From assembly GCA_964202905.1 (NCBI GenBank), contig CAXNJO010000003.1:320001-384000 (forward strand): a DNA stretch of 64,000 bases, given 5' to 3'. This document shows, in pieces, positions 22,197 to 34,273 of the stretch (positions are counted from its first letter, which is position 1; the number at the start of each line of letters is the position of its first letter). A program made the translations under genes and the position numbers. The notes under the pieces were generated by a model, which ran no database searches, had not been told where the DNA came from, and was given only the letters and a program-made list of their open reading frames with translations. The DNA is from Polyangiales bacterium (lineage in GTDB: Bacteria; Myxococcota_A; Polyangia; Polyangiales; JADJQN01).

Positions 22197-24766
22197 ATGG
22201 ATAGAGAGATCTCGAGAGAACTCGTGCTCGCCGCGCTGCACGAGCGCGGCATCCGCGCCGTGCACGTCGGCGAGCTCGCGCAGAACCTCGACGCGAAGGA
22301 TCGCCGCGCGGAGATCGAAGCCGTCCTCGCCCTGCTCGCCGAGGATGGACTCGTGAAGGAGCTCCCCGGGCGCCGCTTCCGGCTCGCCGACAAGAAGGCC
22401 GCCCGCGCCGCGCGGACCGCGCCCGCGCCGACTGCGCCCCGCCCCGCCGCGCGTCCGACGCGCACCACGCTGCGCCCCGGCGGCGCGGCCTTCGACGCCG
22501 AGGAGACGGTCGGCGTGCTCTCGATGACGTCGCGCGGCTTCGGCTTCGTGTCCGTCCCGGGCGGGGCCGGCGACGTCTTCGTCCCGCACACCTCGCTCGG
22601 CGGCGCGCTGCACGGCGACCGCGTCCGCGTGCGCACGCGTCCGAGCGCGAAGGGGCGCGAGGGCGAGATCGTCGGGATCGAGGCGCACGGCCTGCAGCGC
22701 GTGGTCGGCGTGCTCGAGCGGCGCGGTCGCGCGCTGGTCATCGAGCCCACGGACGCCCGGCTGCGTGGGCCCTTCGTCGTCGAGGGCGCGCTCCCGCCGA
22801 ACGCCGACGAGGGCCTCGTGGTCGTCGCCGACATCCTGCGCTTCGCCGAGGGTCACGAGCCCACGACGGTGCGCGTGGTGCAGGGGCTCGGTCGCCCCGG
22901 CGTCGCGAGCGTGGAGATCGCGGCGATCAAGGCGCGCGACGGCATCGTCGAGGCCTTCCCCGAGGACGTCACACGCGAGGCCGACGCCCTGCCCGCCGAG
23001 GTGCCCGAGGCCGACAAGATCGGCCGCGAGGATCTCCGCGGCTTCGACCTCGTCACCATCGACCCCGAGGACGCGCGCGACCACGACGACGCGGTGTGCG
23101 CGGAGCGGCTCCCGGATGGCGGCTTCCGCATCCTCGTCGCGATCGCCGACGTCTCCCACTACGTCCGCGAGGGCACCGCGATCGACCGCGAGGCCGCGGC
23201 GCGCGGCTGCTCGATCTACCTGCCCGATCGCGCGATCCCGATGCTGCCGCACCAACTCAGCTCGACGCTCGCGTCGCTGCTGCCGAACGTCGATCGGCTC
23301 ACGCTCGCCGTCGAGGTCGAGATCACGAAGGAAGGCGTCGTCCGCGACTTCCGCTACGTCGAGGGCGTGATGCGCTCGGGCGCGAAGCTGCATTACGGCG
23401 CGGTCGCGCGCGCGCTCGGCCTCACCGATCAGGTCGAGAAGCTGCAGGCCGCCGAGGATCGCCGCGACGCGCTGCGCGTGCTCTTCGACGCGTCGAAGGT
23501 GCTGCGCGCGCGGCGCCGCCGGCGCGGCTCGCTCGACTTCGATCTCCCCGAGGCGCGCGTGACGCTCGACCCGGCGACGGGCGAGCCGGTGGACGTGTAC
23601 CGCTCGCGCACCGACCCGGGCGTGCGCGCGGCCTACGCGCTCATCGAGGACATGATGCTCCTCGCGAACGAGGTCGTCGCCGCCGACATGGCCAAGCGCG
23701 GGATCGCCACGATCTACCGCATCCACGGGGCGCCCGACGCGAAGAAGATCGGCATCTTCAGCGCGGTCGCCGCGTCGCTCGGCCACGTGCTCGACCCGGA
23801 CGCCGGCGAGCACCCGCGCAAGCTCCAGCGCTTTCTCGCCGCGATCGAGGGCACCCCGCAGGCGCAGGCGCTCTCGTACCTGCTGCTGCGCGCGATGCAG
23901 CAGGCCGTCTACGACACCACGAACATCGGGCACTTCGGGCTCGCCGCGCCGGACTACCTCCACTTCACCTCGCCGATCCGTCGCTATCCGGACCTCGCCG
24001 TGCACCGCGTGATCCGCGAGGTCATCCGCGGGCGGCGCGTGGATCCGAAGACGTGGCAGCCGAAGCTCGCGACCTGGGCCTCCGACTCGAGCCGCCTCGA
24101 GCGCCGCGCGATGGAAGCGGAGCGCGAGGCGGTCAACGTGTACCGCGCCATCCTCGTGCGCGATCGCCTCGGCGAGGTCTTCGACGCGACGATCACGAGC
24201 GTCGGCAACCAGGGCTTCTACGTCGCCTTCGACGCGCCGTTCGTCGAGTCGCTCGTGCCGCTCGAGGCGCTCTCCGGGCCCGTCGGCGGACGCGGGCGCG
24301 GCGACGCGTACGAGGTCGACGAGCTCGGCATCGCGCTCGTCGGCGTCGTGAGCGGCAAGCGGTACGCGATGGGCGATCGCCTCCGCGTGCGCCTGACGAG
24401 CGTGAACGTGCAGCGGCGCGAGATCCTCTCCGAGCCCGCGGGCGTCGAGGACGGGGACGCGCGCGATGGCGACACGGACGACGGAGCCGACGAAGGCGCC
24501 GACGACGCGGCGCCTCGGGCGGATCGCCCCATGATCCGGCCGACCTCGCGGCGCGAGCGCCCGCTGCTCGGCAAGAGCCTGAAGCGCGCCGGCACCAGCA
24601 CGAGCACGCGCGCGGCCGCGGGCAGTGCGCCCGGCCGCGACGGCAAGCCCGCCCGGAAGGGCGCCGCGGGCGGCAAGGGCACCGGCGGCAAGGGCACGGG
24701 CGGCAAGGGCACGGGCGGGAAGGCCGCAGGCGGCCCGAAGAGCACGAAAGGCAAGGGGAAGCGCTG

Positions 24767-24767
<1 letters not shown>
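22197..24767 (+). CDS. rnr: Ribonuclease R (RNB family)
   Basis: RGFGFV cold-shock domain, TIDPEDARDHDDA, AIADVSHYV, HFGLA..YLHFTSPIRRYPDL, S1 domain, basic GGKGT-repeat tail. Confidence 0.95.
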
Positions 24768-26197
<1,430 letters not shown>

Positions 26198-26247
26198 AGG
26201 CGCCTCCGCGCATCGGCCCCGCGGGGTCGACGTCGAATCTCGCGAGG

Positions 26248-26307
26248 GAGAATCGGATTCATGCAGCGTGATGAATGGGATTCATCCGCCGCGAGAATCC
26301 GATTCTC
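26248..26307. terminator. Long stem-loop between convergent genes (bidirectional terminator or REP-like element)
   Basis: Perfect 13-bp inverted repeat GAGAATCGGATTC/GAATCCGATTCTC with an inner GATGAAT/ATTCATC hairpin. Confidence 0.6.
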
Positions 26308-27457
26308 AATACCCCTCTACCTTCGAGATGATCTCGTTCATGATCTCGCGCGTGCCGCCGCCGATCGGGTAGAGGCGCGCGTCGCGGTAGAGGCGCTCGA
26401 CGAGCACGCCGCGCGTGTAGCCCGCGCCGCCGTGCAGCTGCACCGCCTGATCGACGACGAACGAGCACATATCCGTCGCGGTGTTCTTCGCCATCGCGGC
26501 CTGCGCCGGGTCCTGCTCGCCCCGCACGTAGCGGGCGGCGCATTCGCCGGTGAGCGCGCGCGCCGCGGCGAGGCGGGTCGCCATCTCGGCGAGCTTGTGG
26601 CGCGTCACCTGAAAGCCCGTGAGCGGCTTGCCGAAGGCGCTCCGCAGGCGCGCGTACGCCACGGACTCGCGGTAGGCGAGCTCGGCGATCGCGACGCACT
26701 GCCCTGCGAGGTAGAGCCGCTCGGCGACGAAGTTCGCCATGATCGCGACGAAGCCCGCGTTCTCGAGGCCGACGAGGTTCTCGACGGGGACGCGGCAGCC
26801 CTCGAACGTGAGCTCGGCGGTGTCGCTCGCGCACCAGCCCGTCTTCTCGAGCTTCTTCGAGACGACGTAGCCGGGCGTGTCGCGCGCGATCACGAGCAGC
26901 GAGACGCCCCCGTGCCCCGGCCCGCCCGTGCGCACCGCGCAGGTGATCCAGTCGGCGCGCGTGCCCGAGGTGATGAACGTCTTCTGGCCGGTGACGACGT
27001 AGTGATCGCCGTCGCGCTCGGCGCGCGTGCGGAGCGACGCGACGTCGGAGCCGCCCCCCGGCTCGGTGATCGCGAGCGCGCTCACCTGCTCGCCGCGCAG
27101 CACGGGCGCGACGAAGCGCTGCTGCTGTTCGGGCGTGCCGAACTTCACGATCGGCGGCGCGGCGATGCCGTGCGAGCCGAGCCCGACGACGGCCCCGACG
27201 CTGCGGCCCGCGAGGACGAGCTCCTCGCTCGCGACGAGCGTGTGCGTGAGGTCGCCACCCGTGCCGCCGAGGGACTCGGGGTAGCCGATGCCGAGCACGC
27301 CCGCGTCGGCCGCGGCGCGGTAGAGGTCGCGGGGGAACTCGCCCTCCTCTTCCCAGCGCGTCGCGTGGGGCGCGATCGCGCGCTCGGCGAAGCGGCGCAC
27401 CTGCTGGCGGAGCGCGGCGTGCTCGCTCGTCTCGAAGAAGTAGGTCGAAGAGGCCAT
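26306..27457 (-). CDS. Acyl-CoA dehydrogenase
   Basis: ALAITEPGGGSDV, GQKTFITSG, R.AFGKPL..FQ, QLHGGAGY, ERLYRDARLYPIGGGTREI. Confidence 0.95.
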   Translation of the reverse strand: MASSTYFFETSEHAALRQQVRRFAERAIAPHATRWEEEGEFPRDLYRAAADAGVLGIGYPESLGGTGGDLTHTLVASEELVLAGRSVGAVVGLGSHGIAAPPIVKFGTPEQQQRFVAPVLRGEQVSALAITEPGGGSDVASLRTRAERDGDHYVVTGQKTFITSGTRADWITCAVRTGGPGHGGVSLLVIARDTPGYVVSKKLEKTGWCASDTAELTFEGCRVPVENLVGLENAGFVAIMANFVAERLYLAGQCVAIAELAYRESVAYARLRSAFGKPLTGFQVTRHKLAEMATRLAAARALTGECAARYVRGEQDPAQAAMAKNTATDMCSFVVDQAVQLHGGAGYTRGVLVERLYRDARLYPIGGGTREIMNEIISKVEGY

Positions 27458-27528
27458 CGGCGGTTCGTGTACCGCGCCCGCGCTGCGGCGGGAAGCGGCG
27501 CGCGCGGACACGGTATGCTCCGCCGCGC

Positions 27529-28797
27529 ATGTCGCCCCCCGCTGCCAGCCTCGTCGTCGTGATCGGGAGGGCGGAGGACTGCGATCTCCGCCTCGACGAG
27601 CCGACCATCTCCGGTCACCACGCGCGGCTTTCGTGGTCGGCGCGGCGCATCGTCGTCGAGGATCTCGGCAGCGCGAACGGTGTCTTCGTCGCGGGCCAGC
27701 GCGTGCCCCGCGGGCTCGTGCGGCCCGGCGACGACGTGCGCCTCGGCGACGCGCCGCTGCCGTGGAGCGACCCGCGGCTCCGCGCCTTCCTCCGCGGCGG
27801 CGCGCGCGGCGACACGATGGTGGGCGTGCGCCGACCGGGTCGCGCGTTCACGTGTGGCGCGTGCGGCGCGGGCGGGATCTTGCCGCCCGGCGCGAGCGGC
27901 GCGCTGATCCGCTGCGGCGCGTGCGGCGAGCAGCTCTCGCTCGAGCGCGGCGCGTCGGGCGGGGGGCTCGCGTGGGCGGGCGTCGGCGCGCTGCTCGTCG
28001 TGGCGCTGCTCGTGGTCGGCGCAGCCTGGTGGGCCTGGTCGAACCCCGACGCCGCGCGGGAGACGCTCGCCGTCGCCGCCCCCACGGTGCTGCCCATGCG
28101 CGAGGCGACGCCCGACGCCGGCCCGCCCGCCGCGAGCCCGCAGGAGGCCGCGATCCGCGCGCAGGTGGCGCAGGACATCGCCCGCGCGATCGACGCCGAC
28201 TCACCGATCACGCGCAGCCTCGCCGTGCGCATCGCGGCCACGTCGGAGGGGGCGTTCCACGTCGAGCAGGTCGCGCAGCTGTGGACGTACGTGCGCGGCC
28301 GCTGGAAGTACGTGAACGACCCGCGCGGCAAGGAGTACTTCGCGCGGGCGAGCGAGACGGTCACCAACGAATTCGCCGGTGATTGCGACGATTTCGCGAT
28401 CGTACTCGTCGCGCTCGTGAGCGCGATCGGGGGCGAGGCGCGGCTCGTCATGATGGACGGGCCGGAGGGCGGCCACGCGTACGCGGAGGCGTGCGTGCAG
28501 CAGTCGCCGGAGACCGTCGCCGCGAAGCTGAAGCGGCACTACGAGCGGAGCTGGGACCGCTACCTCGGGCGGCAGCGCGTGCGCAACATCAGCTTCCGCG
28601 CGTCCTCCGGTTGTCCGGTGTGGCTCAACCTCGACTGGAGCGCCGGCGTGCCCGGCGGCCCGTACACGCAGGAGCGCTGGGCCGTCGCCGTGCGGCCCGA
28701 CGCCTCGACGGAGACGCTCGGCGCCGCGGGCTCACCGAGCGCGAGCGCGCAAGCGGGCGGCTCGCACGTGCAGACCGCCGCGCTGCCGCCACGATGA
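27529..28797 (+). CDS. FHA + Zn-ribbon + TM + transglutaminase-like (BTLCP/LapG-like) cysteine protease
   Basis: FHA motifs IGR, ISGHHA, DLGSANG; CGACG...CGACG; TM GVGALLVVALLVVGAAWWAW; GDCDDF, HAYAE, WLNLD. Confidence 0.8.
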   Translation: MSPPAASLVVVIGRAEDCDLRLDEPTISGHHARLSWSARRIVVEDLGSANGVFVAGQRVPRGLVRPGDDVRLGDAPLPWSDPRLRAFLRGGARGDTMVGVRRPGRAFTCGACGAGGILPPGASGALIRCGACGEQLSLERGASGGGLAWAGVGALLVVALLVVGAAWWAWSNPDAARETLAVAAPTVLPMREATPDAGPPAASPQEAAIRAQVAQDIARAIDADSPITRSLAVRIAATSEGAFHVEQVAQLWTYVRGRWKYVNDPRGKEYFARASETVTNEFAGDCDDFAIVLVALVSAIGGEARLVMMDGPEGGHAYAEACVQQSPETVAAKLKRHYERSWDRYLGRQRVRNISFRASSGCPVWLNLDWSAGVPGGPYTQERWAVAVRPDASTETLGAAGSPSASAQAGGSHVQTAALPPR

Positions 28798-29630
28798 CCC
28801 GCGCACGCGACGCGCGGCCGGCGGATGACGCGTTGCGTCAAGCCGACGACGCGCCGCCTGTCATGGGCGATGTGCGCCCCGCCGCGGGCGACGCCGCGAC
28901 CGCCGCGCCGCTGCTCGTCGTCGGGCTGCGCGGCGAGGTGCGCGTGGTCGCGCTCGCCGACGCCGACCGCGCGACCGCCCTGCGGCGCGGCGTGACCGAG
29001 GCCCAGCACGACGCGGCCCCGCACGCGGCACGCGGCACGCTCACGACGCTGCGCGCGGCGGGCGCGGCGTTCGCCACGCTGCGCGCGCCCGACCGTCGGC
29101 CGCATCCGGCGTGCGCTCGCGCGCTGCTCGCTCGGATCGATGCGCGCGCACGGGCCACCGGGCTCCGCGTGCTCGTCGGGGCGCCGGAGGGCGGACCGCT
29201 GCACGCGCCGCAGGCCTGGTGCGACGCGCGCGCCGCGTCGACGGAGACGGAGTTCGCGCTGCGCCTCGCGCTCTGCGACGACGTGGACGAGCCCGCCGGC
29301 GCCGTCGCAGCCACCGGGCCGGTGCGGGACCGGTTCGCCCGCGCCGTGCGCGCTGCGCTGCCCGCGCTCGAGGCCGCGAGCGGCGCCACGCTCGCGCTCG
29401 CGCCGTCCGCAGAGGGGGCCCTCGTCGTGCGCGCCGAGAGCCCGGCGCTCGGCCCGCACGCGCTGCTCGCCGCGTTGATCGCCGCGGGCGTCGATCTGCT
29501 TTCCGCGCACGGGCTCCGCGATGGGCCGCACGCGCCGACGCTCGCGGCGCTGCTCGGCGACGCCGTCGCGGCGCGGCTCGCGCTCCCGGACGGTGCGCCC
29601 TCCACGCCCACGGAGCGCCCGAATCGTTGA
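28794..29630 (+). CDS. Hypothetical protein
   Basis: ATGA overlap with the upstream gene; Ala/Leu-rich protein-like frame with GC3 bias. Confidence 0.55.
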   Translation: MTRARDARPADDALRQADDAPPVMGDVRPAAGDAATAAPLLVVGLRGEVRVVALADADRATALRRGVTEAQHDAAPHAARGTLTTLRAAGAAFATLRAPDRRPHPACARALLARIDARARATGLRVLVGAPEGGPLHAPQAWCDARAASTETEFALRLALCDDVDEPAGAVAATGPVRDRFARAVRAALPALEAASGATLALAPSAEGALVVRAESPALGPHALLAALIAAGVDLLSAHGLRDGPHAPTLAALLGDAVAARLALPDGAPSTPTERPNR

Positions 29631-29654
29631 CACGCCGACCGTCGCCGCTCTAGC

Positions 29655-31583
29655 GTGCCAACCGTTCTCGTGAAGCCCCTCCCCGGCCCGGACACGTCGC
29701 GCGGCACGGATCCGCCGCTCCATCTCGAGCCGACGGAGGCCCTGGCGTTCCAGTGGCGGATGACGCGCGGCATGCTCATCGCGATCAGCGCGCTCGGCGT
29801 CGTCGTCACGGGCCTGACGACGAGCGACGCCCTCGGCTGGACGCAGCTCGGGACCGCCGACTCGTTCGCCTACCCTTCGCTCGGCCCGGCGATCGTCGGG
29901 GCGACCACGCTCGCGTTCACCGTCCTGGTCGAGTTCCACCGGCGCGGCGCGGAGTGGCCCCTCCGCGCCATCACGCTGGTGCTCGTCCCCATGCTGGTCG
30001 CCGGCGCGCGGGGCGCGTCCTTCCATGCTTCGGTGCCACAGGTCGTGTGGATTCCGACGCTGCTCGCGTACGCGCTGACCACGCAGCGCTGGTCGCTGTT
30101 CATCGCCGCGGTCAGCGTCGGCACCGCGGTGCTCACGCAGCCCGAGGTGCGCAGGTTGGAGTCCCCGGTGCCGTTGATCGTCTCGGTGCTCATCGTCGCG
30201 ATCCTCGCGACCTCGCGCGCCATCCACGACAAGCTCCACGGCGACGCACGCGCGCACGTCGCGCACGTCGCGCGGCTCGCGGCGACCGACGACCTCACGG
30301 ACCTCCCGAACCGCCGCGCCCTCGGCGCCCGCCTCGAGACGCTGCTCGAGCAGGCGCGCCGCCGCGGCGAGGGCGTGGCCGTGCTCTTCGTCGGTCTCGA
30401 CGGCTTCACGGCCGTCAACGAGACGCTCGGACACGCGAAGGGCGACCGCGTCCTCATCGAGGCGGGCGCGCGGCTCCGCGCCTGCGCGGACGACGGCGAC
30501 TTCGTCGCGCGCTTCGGCGGCGACGAGTTCGTGGTGCTGCTCACCGGGCTCCGCGACCGCGCGCGCATCGACGAGATGGCGGCGCGGATCCTCGCGTCCC
30601 TCGCGCGTCCCTACCTCTTCGGCGAGGAGCAGGCCTTCCTCTCCGGCAGCATCGGCGCCGCACAATCGCCGACCGATGGCGCGCTCGCGACGGACCTCCT
30701 CCGCGCGGCGGACCAGGCGCTCGCGGCGGCGAAGGAGTCGGGGCGCAACCGCTTCACGCACTTCAACGCGCGCCTGCAAGAGGACGCGGAGCAGCGCACG
30801 CGCCTCGCGCACGACCTCCGCGCCGCCCTCGCGAACGGCGAGATCACCGTGCACTACCAGCCCATCGTCGAGCTCGCGACGGGCGCGATCCACAAGGCCG
30901 AGGCGCTCGCGCGCTGGAAGCACCCCACGCGCGGCTGGATCAGCCCGGCGATCTTCATCCCGATCGCCGAGTCCACCGGGCTCATCCACGACCTCGGCGA
31001 CCAGATCTTCCGGGAGGCGGTCGAGCAGGTCGCGCGTTGGCGCGCCGCGCACTCGCCGCGTTTTCAGATCAGCGTCAACCGCTCGCCCGCGCAGTTCCGC
31101 GTCGGCGGCGGCGACCGCATCTTCTGGCCGCGGCACCTCGAGGAGCGCGGGCTCGCGGGCGACAGCATCGTGCTCGAGATCACCGAGGGTCTCCTGCTCG
31201 ACGACACGCGCGGCGTCCTCGAGCACCTCGAGGCCCTGCGCGACGCGGGCATCGGCGTGTCGCTCGACGACTTCGGCACGGGCTATTCGGCGCTCGCCTA
31301 CCTGCACAAGTACCCGATCGACTACGTGAAGATCGACCAGTCCTTCGTGCGCGCGCTCGCGCCGGCGTCGAAGCACCTCGCGCTCTGCAAGGCCATCGTC
31401 CACATGGCGCACGAGCTCGGCATGAAGGTCGTCGCCGAGGGCGTCGAGACGCCCGAGCAGCGCGCGCTGCTCCACGCGGCGGGCTGCGACTACGCGCAGG
31501 GCTACCTCTACGCGCGCCCCCTCCCAGCGGCCGACCTCGAGCCGCTGCTCGCGTCGCCGCCGTCCCACGCCGTCGCCAGCTGA
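29655..31583 (+). CDS. Membrane-bound GGDEF-EAL protein (diguanylate cyclase/phosphodiesterase)
   Basis: About 5-6 TM helices, [54 protein letters not shown]. Confidence 0.93.
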   Translation: MPTVLVKPLPGPDTSRGTDPPLHLEPTEALAFQWRMTRGMLIAISALGVVVTGLTTSDALGWTQLGTADSFAYPSLGPAIVGATTLAFTVLVEFHRRGAEWPLRAITLVLVPMLVAGARGASFHASVPQVVWIPTLLAYALTTQRWSLFIAAVSVGTAVLTQPEVRRLESPVPLIVSVLIVAILATSRAIHDKLHGDARAHVAHVARLAATDDLTDLPNRRALGARLETLLEQARRRGEGVAVLFVGLDGFTAVNETLGHAKGDRVLIEAGARLRACADDGDFVARFGGDEFVVLLTGLRDRARIDEMAARILASLARPYLFGEEQAFLSGSIGAAQSPTDGALATDLLRAADQALAAAKESGRNRFTHFNARLQEDAEQRTRLAHDLRAALANGEITVHYQPIVELATGAIHKAEALARWKHPTRGWISPAIFIPIAESTGLIHDLGDQIFREAVEQVARWRAAHSPRFQISVNRSPAQFRVGGGDRIFWPRHLEERGLAGDSIVLEITEGLLLDDTRGVLEHLEALRDAGIGVSLDDFGTGYSALAYLHKYPIDYVKIDQSFVRALAPASKHLALCKAIVHMAHELGMKVVAEGVETPEQRALLHAAGCDYAQGYLYARPLPAADLEPLLASPPSHAVAS

Positions 31584-31625
31584 CGGGTCCGCGACGCCGG
31601 GCCGGGCGTTGTAAGCTCGCGGGCG

Positions 31626-33338
31626 ATGAAGCTCCTGCCGACGAGGTTCCTCCCGGAGCGCCCGCTGCGGCTCCCGCGCCTGCGCCCGTACGTCCCGCAG
31701 CCCACGGACCCGCCCATCTTCTGGTTCAACCCGGAGCGCGACGACATCGTGCGCGAGGCCGTGCGCCGCATCGTCGAGCAGAAGGCCGAGAGCGGTCGCG
31801 TGGAGCTCGTGCTCAACGACGTCGCCTACCACGAGGCCGAGCGCCTCGAGCGCCAGCGGGACGCCGAGTCGCGTGAATCGCTCGGGTTCTGGCGCGGCGT
31901 CTTGCGGCGCGTCGGGCGCATGTCCGACGCCGAGAAGCGCGAGACGCTGCGCTCGATCACCGAGCACATGGTCCGCGACATCGCGGGCAACTTCGATCCG
32001 CGCGTCTACGCCTTCGCGACGAAGGCGCTGCCGAAGCTGCTCACCGGCGTGATGAGCCCCTCGCAGCTGCACACCGCGATGTTCGAGGCGCAGCCGCACG
32101 CGCTCGACAGCTTGCTGATCACCGAGGGCGCGATCGAGAAGCTCCGGCACCTCGCGACGCGCGGCACGCTCGTCTTCGTGCCGACGCACTCGTCGAACCT
32201 CGACTCGATCGTGCTCGGCTACGCGCTCATGCGCGAGGGGCTCCCGCCCGTCAGCTATGGCGCGGGGAAGAACCTCTTCACGAACCCGATCATCTCGTTC
32301 TTCATGCACAACCTCGGCGCGTACCGGCTCGACCGACGCATCAAGGCGGGGCTCTACAAGGACGCGCTGAAGTCCTATTCCACCGTGCTGCTCGAGCGCG
32401 GCTACCACTCGCTCTTCTTCCCCGGCGGCACGCGCTCGCGCTCGGGGATGATCGAGCAGCACCTCAAGCTCGGCCTCGCGGGCACGGCGATCGAGGCCTT
32501 CGCGCGGAACCAGTCGCGCGGCATCGACCGGCCGCTGTGGTTCGTGCCCACGACGATCAACTACGCGCTCGTGCTCGAGGCCGAGACGCTCATCGAGGAC
32601 CACCTCAAGGAGCAGGGCAAGGCGCGCTACATCATCGAGGACGACGAGTTCTCGTCGGTCGAGCGCTGGGTCGACTTCTTCCGCAAGCTCTCGCTGCTCT
32701 CGTCCGCGTGCGTCGTCCGCTTCGGCGAGCCGATGGACCCGTTCGCGAACCCCGTCGACGCCGACGGACGCTCGCTCGCGCCGGACGGGCGCGTGGTCGC
32801 CGCGGGCTCGTACGTGCGGCGGCGCGGCGAGCCCGTCGTCGATGCCGCGCGCGACGCGGCCTACACGACGCTGCTCGGCGAGGCGATCGCGGAGCGCTTC
32901 CTGCGCGAGACGGTGATCATGAGCACGCAGCTCGTCGCGCACGTGCTCTTCCGCGCGATCGTGAGCGCGACGCCGGGCACCGATCTCTTCGGCCGCATGC
33001 GACACCGCGGCGACATCAGCGTGCCCATCGCGAAGCTCTGCGCGGAGGTGGGCGAGGCCCGCGACGCGCTGCTCGCGCTCGAGCGCGAGGGCCTCGTGCA
33101 CGGCAGCCCCGCGCTGCACGGGGACCCACCGGAGCAGCTCGTCGAGCGTGCGCTGCAGTTCTGGACGGGGTATCACACCGCGCCCGTGGCCACGCACACC
33201 GGCGCCGAGGTCGTCTGCGAGGACCCCGCGCTGCTCCACTACTACGGCAACCGGCTCGTGCCCTTCGCGACGCGCATCGCGACGCCCGCGCACGCAGCCG
33301 CCGCGCGCGAGATCGCGCTCCTGGGGCAGCGCGCGTGA
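31626..33338 (+). CDS. Glycerol-3-phosphate/DHAP acyltransferase (PlsB-like)
   Basis: PTHSSNLD (HxxxxD), GAGKNL, LGAY, FFPGGTRSRSG. Confidence 0.85.
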   Translation: MKLLPTRFLPERPLRLPRLRPYVPQPTDPPIFWFNPERDDIVREAVRRIVEQKAESGRVELVLNDVAYHEAERLERQRDAESRESLGFWRGVLRRVGRMSDAEKRETLRSITEHMVRDIAGNFDPRVYAFATKALPKLLTGVMSPSQLHTAMFEAQPHALDSLLITEGAIEKLRHLATRGTLVFVPTHSSNLDSIVLGYALMREGLPPVSYGAGKNLFTNPIISFFMHNLGAYRLDRRIKAGLYKDALKSYSTVLLERGYHSLFFPGGTRSRSGMIEQHLKLGLAGTAIEAFARNQSRGIDRPLWFVPTTINYALVLEAETLIEDHLKEQGKARYIIEDDEFSSVERWVDFFRKLSLLSSACVVRFGEPMDPFANPVDADGRSLAPDGRVVAAGSYVRRRGEPVVDAARDAAYTTLLGEAIAERFLRETVIMSTQLVAHVLFRAIVSATPGTDLFGRMRHRGDISVPIAKLCAEVGEARDALLALEREGLVHGSPALHGDPPEQLVERALQFWTGYHTAPVATHTGAEVVCEDPALLHYYGNRLVPFATRIATPAHAAAAREIALLGQRA

Positions 33339-34273
33339 CGCTACGCGTCGGGATCGTGGGCGGCGGGAGCTTCGGGCGCGGCCTGGCGACGGCGGCCGCC
33401 CGCGCCGGCAACGACGTCGTGCTCTGGAGCCGCTCCGCACGCGGGGGCGAGACGGCCGGCTTCCGCACGACGGACGCGCTCGGCGAGGTCGCGAGGGCCG
33501 AGCTGCTCTTCGTCGCGGTGCCCTCCCCGCACGTCCGCGAGGTCGCGCGCGCGCTCGGCGCGCACCTCGACGGCGCGCACCTGCTCGTCCATGTCTCGCG
33601 CGGGCTCATCGGCGACGAGCTGCGCTCGATCACGCGCGTGCTGCGCGAGGAGACGCCGGTCGTGCGGCTCGGCGCGCTCGCGGGCCCGCTCGTCGCGGAG
33701 GCGCTCGCCGCCGGCACGCCGAGCGGCGCCGTCGTGGGCACGCTCTTCCCGGAGGTGGGCGCGGCCGTGCGCCAGGCGATCGGCGGCGAGACGCTGCGCA
33801 TCTACACGACGGACGACGTGGCCGGCGTGGAGGTGGGCTCCGCGCTCGTCGGGATGCTCGCGCTCGCGACGGGCTTCGCGATGGGCATCGGCAGCGGGCC
33901 GGCGGCGCTCGCGGTGCTCTGCACGCGCGGCCTCGCGGAGGCGCAGCGCGTCGGGGCGCGGCTCGGCGCGCGCGAGCGGACCTTCTCCGGGCTCGCGGGC
34001 TTCGGCGATCTCGTCTCGGCGGTCGCGGGCGACGAGCGCCCCGAGATCCGGCTCGGTCGCGCGCTCGCGCAGGGCGCCTCGCTCGACGAGGCGGCGCGCG
34101 CGGCCGGTGCGTACATCGAGGGCGTGAGCATCGCGCGGCGGGTCACGCGGTTCGCCGAGGGGGCGGGCGTCGAGGCGCCCATCGCCGCCGCGACCGCCGC
34201 CGTCGTCGACGGCGTGCTCAGCCCGCGCGACGCCATGCGCTCACTCATGGCGCGGCAGGCCACCCCCGAATGA
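33335..34273 (+). CDS. gpsA: NAD(P)H-dependent glycerol-3-phosphate dehydrogenase-like protein (degenerate active site)
   Basis: GIVGGGSFG, LFVAVPS, LAGP, DVAGVEVG, RGLAE, TFSGLAGFGDL, IEGV. GTGA overlap with the upstream gene. Confidence 0.8.
   Translation: MTLRVGIVGGGSFGRGLATAAARAGNDVVLWSRSARGGETAGFRTTDALGEVARAELLFVAVPSPHVREVARALGAHLDGAHLLVHVSRGLIGDELRSITRVLREETPVVRLGALAGPLVAEALAAGTPSGAVVGTLFPEVGAAVRQAIGGETLRIYTTDDVAGVEVGSALVGMLALATGFAMGIGSGPAALAVLCTRGLAEAQRVGARLGARERTFSGLAGFGDLVSAVAGDERPEIRLGRALAQGASLDEAARAAGAYIEGVSIARRVTRFAEGAGVEAPIAAATAAVVDGVLSPRDAMRSLMARQATPE

Noticed and set aside
28560..33440. 1626-aa minus-strand ORF (and similar long Arg/Ala-rich ORFs such as 14741..17647 and 60862..63951)
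   Set aside because: They lie opposite well-supported genes and contain no motifs.
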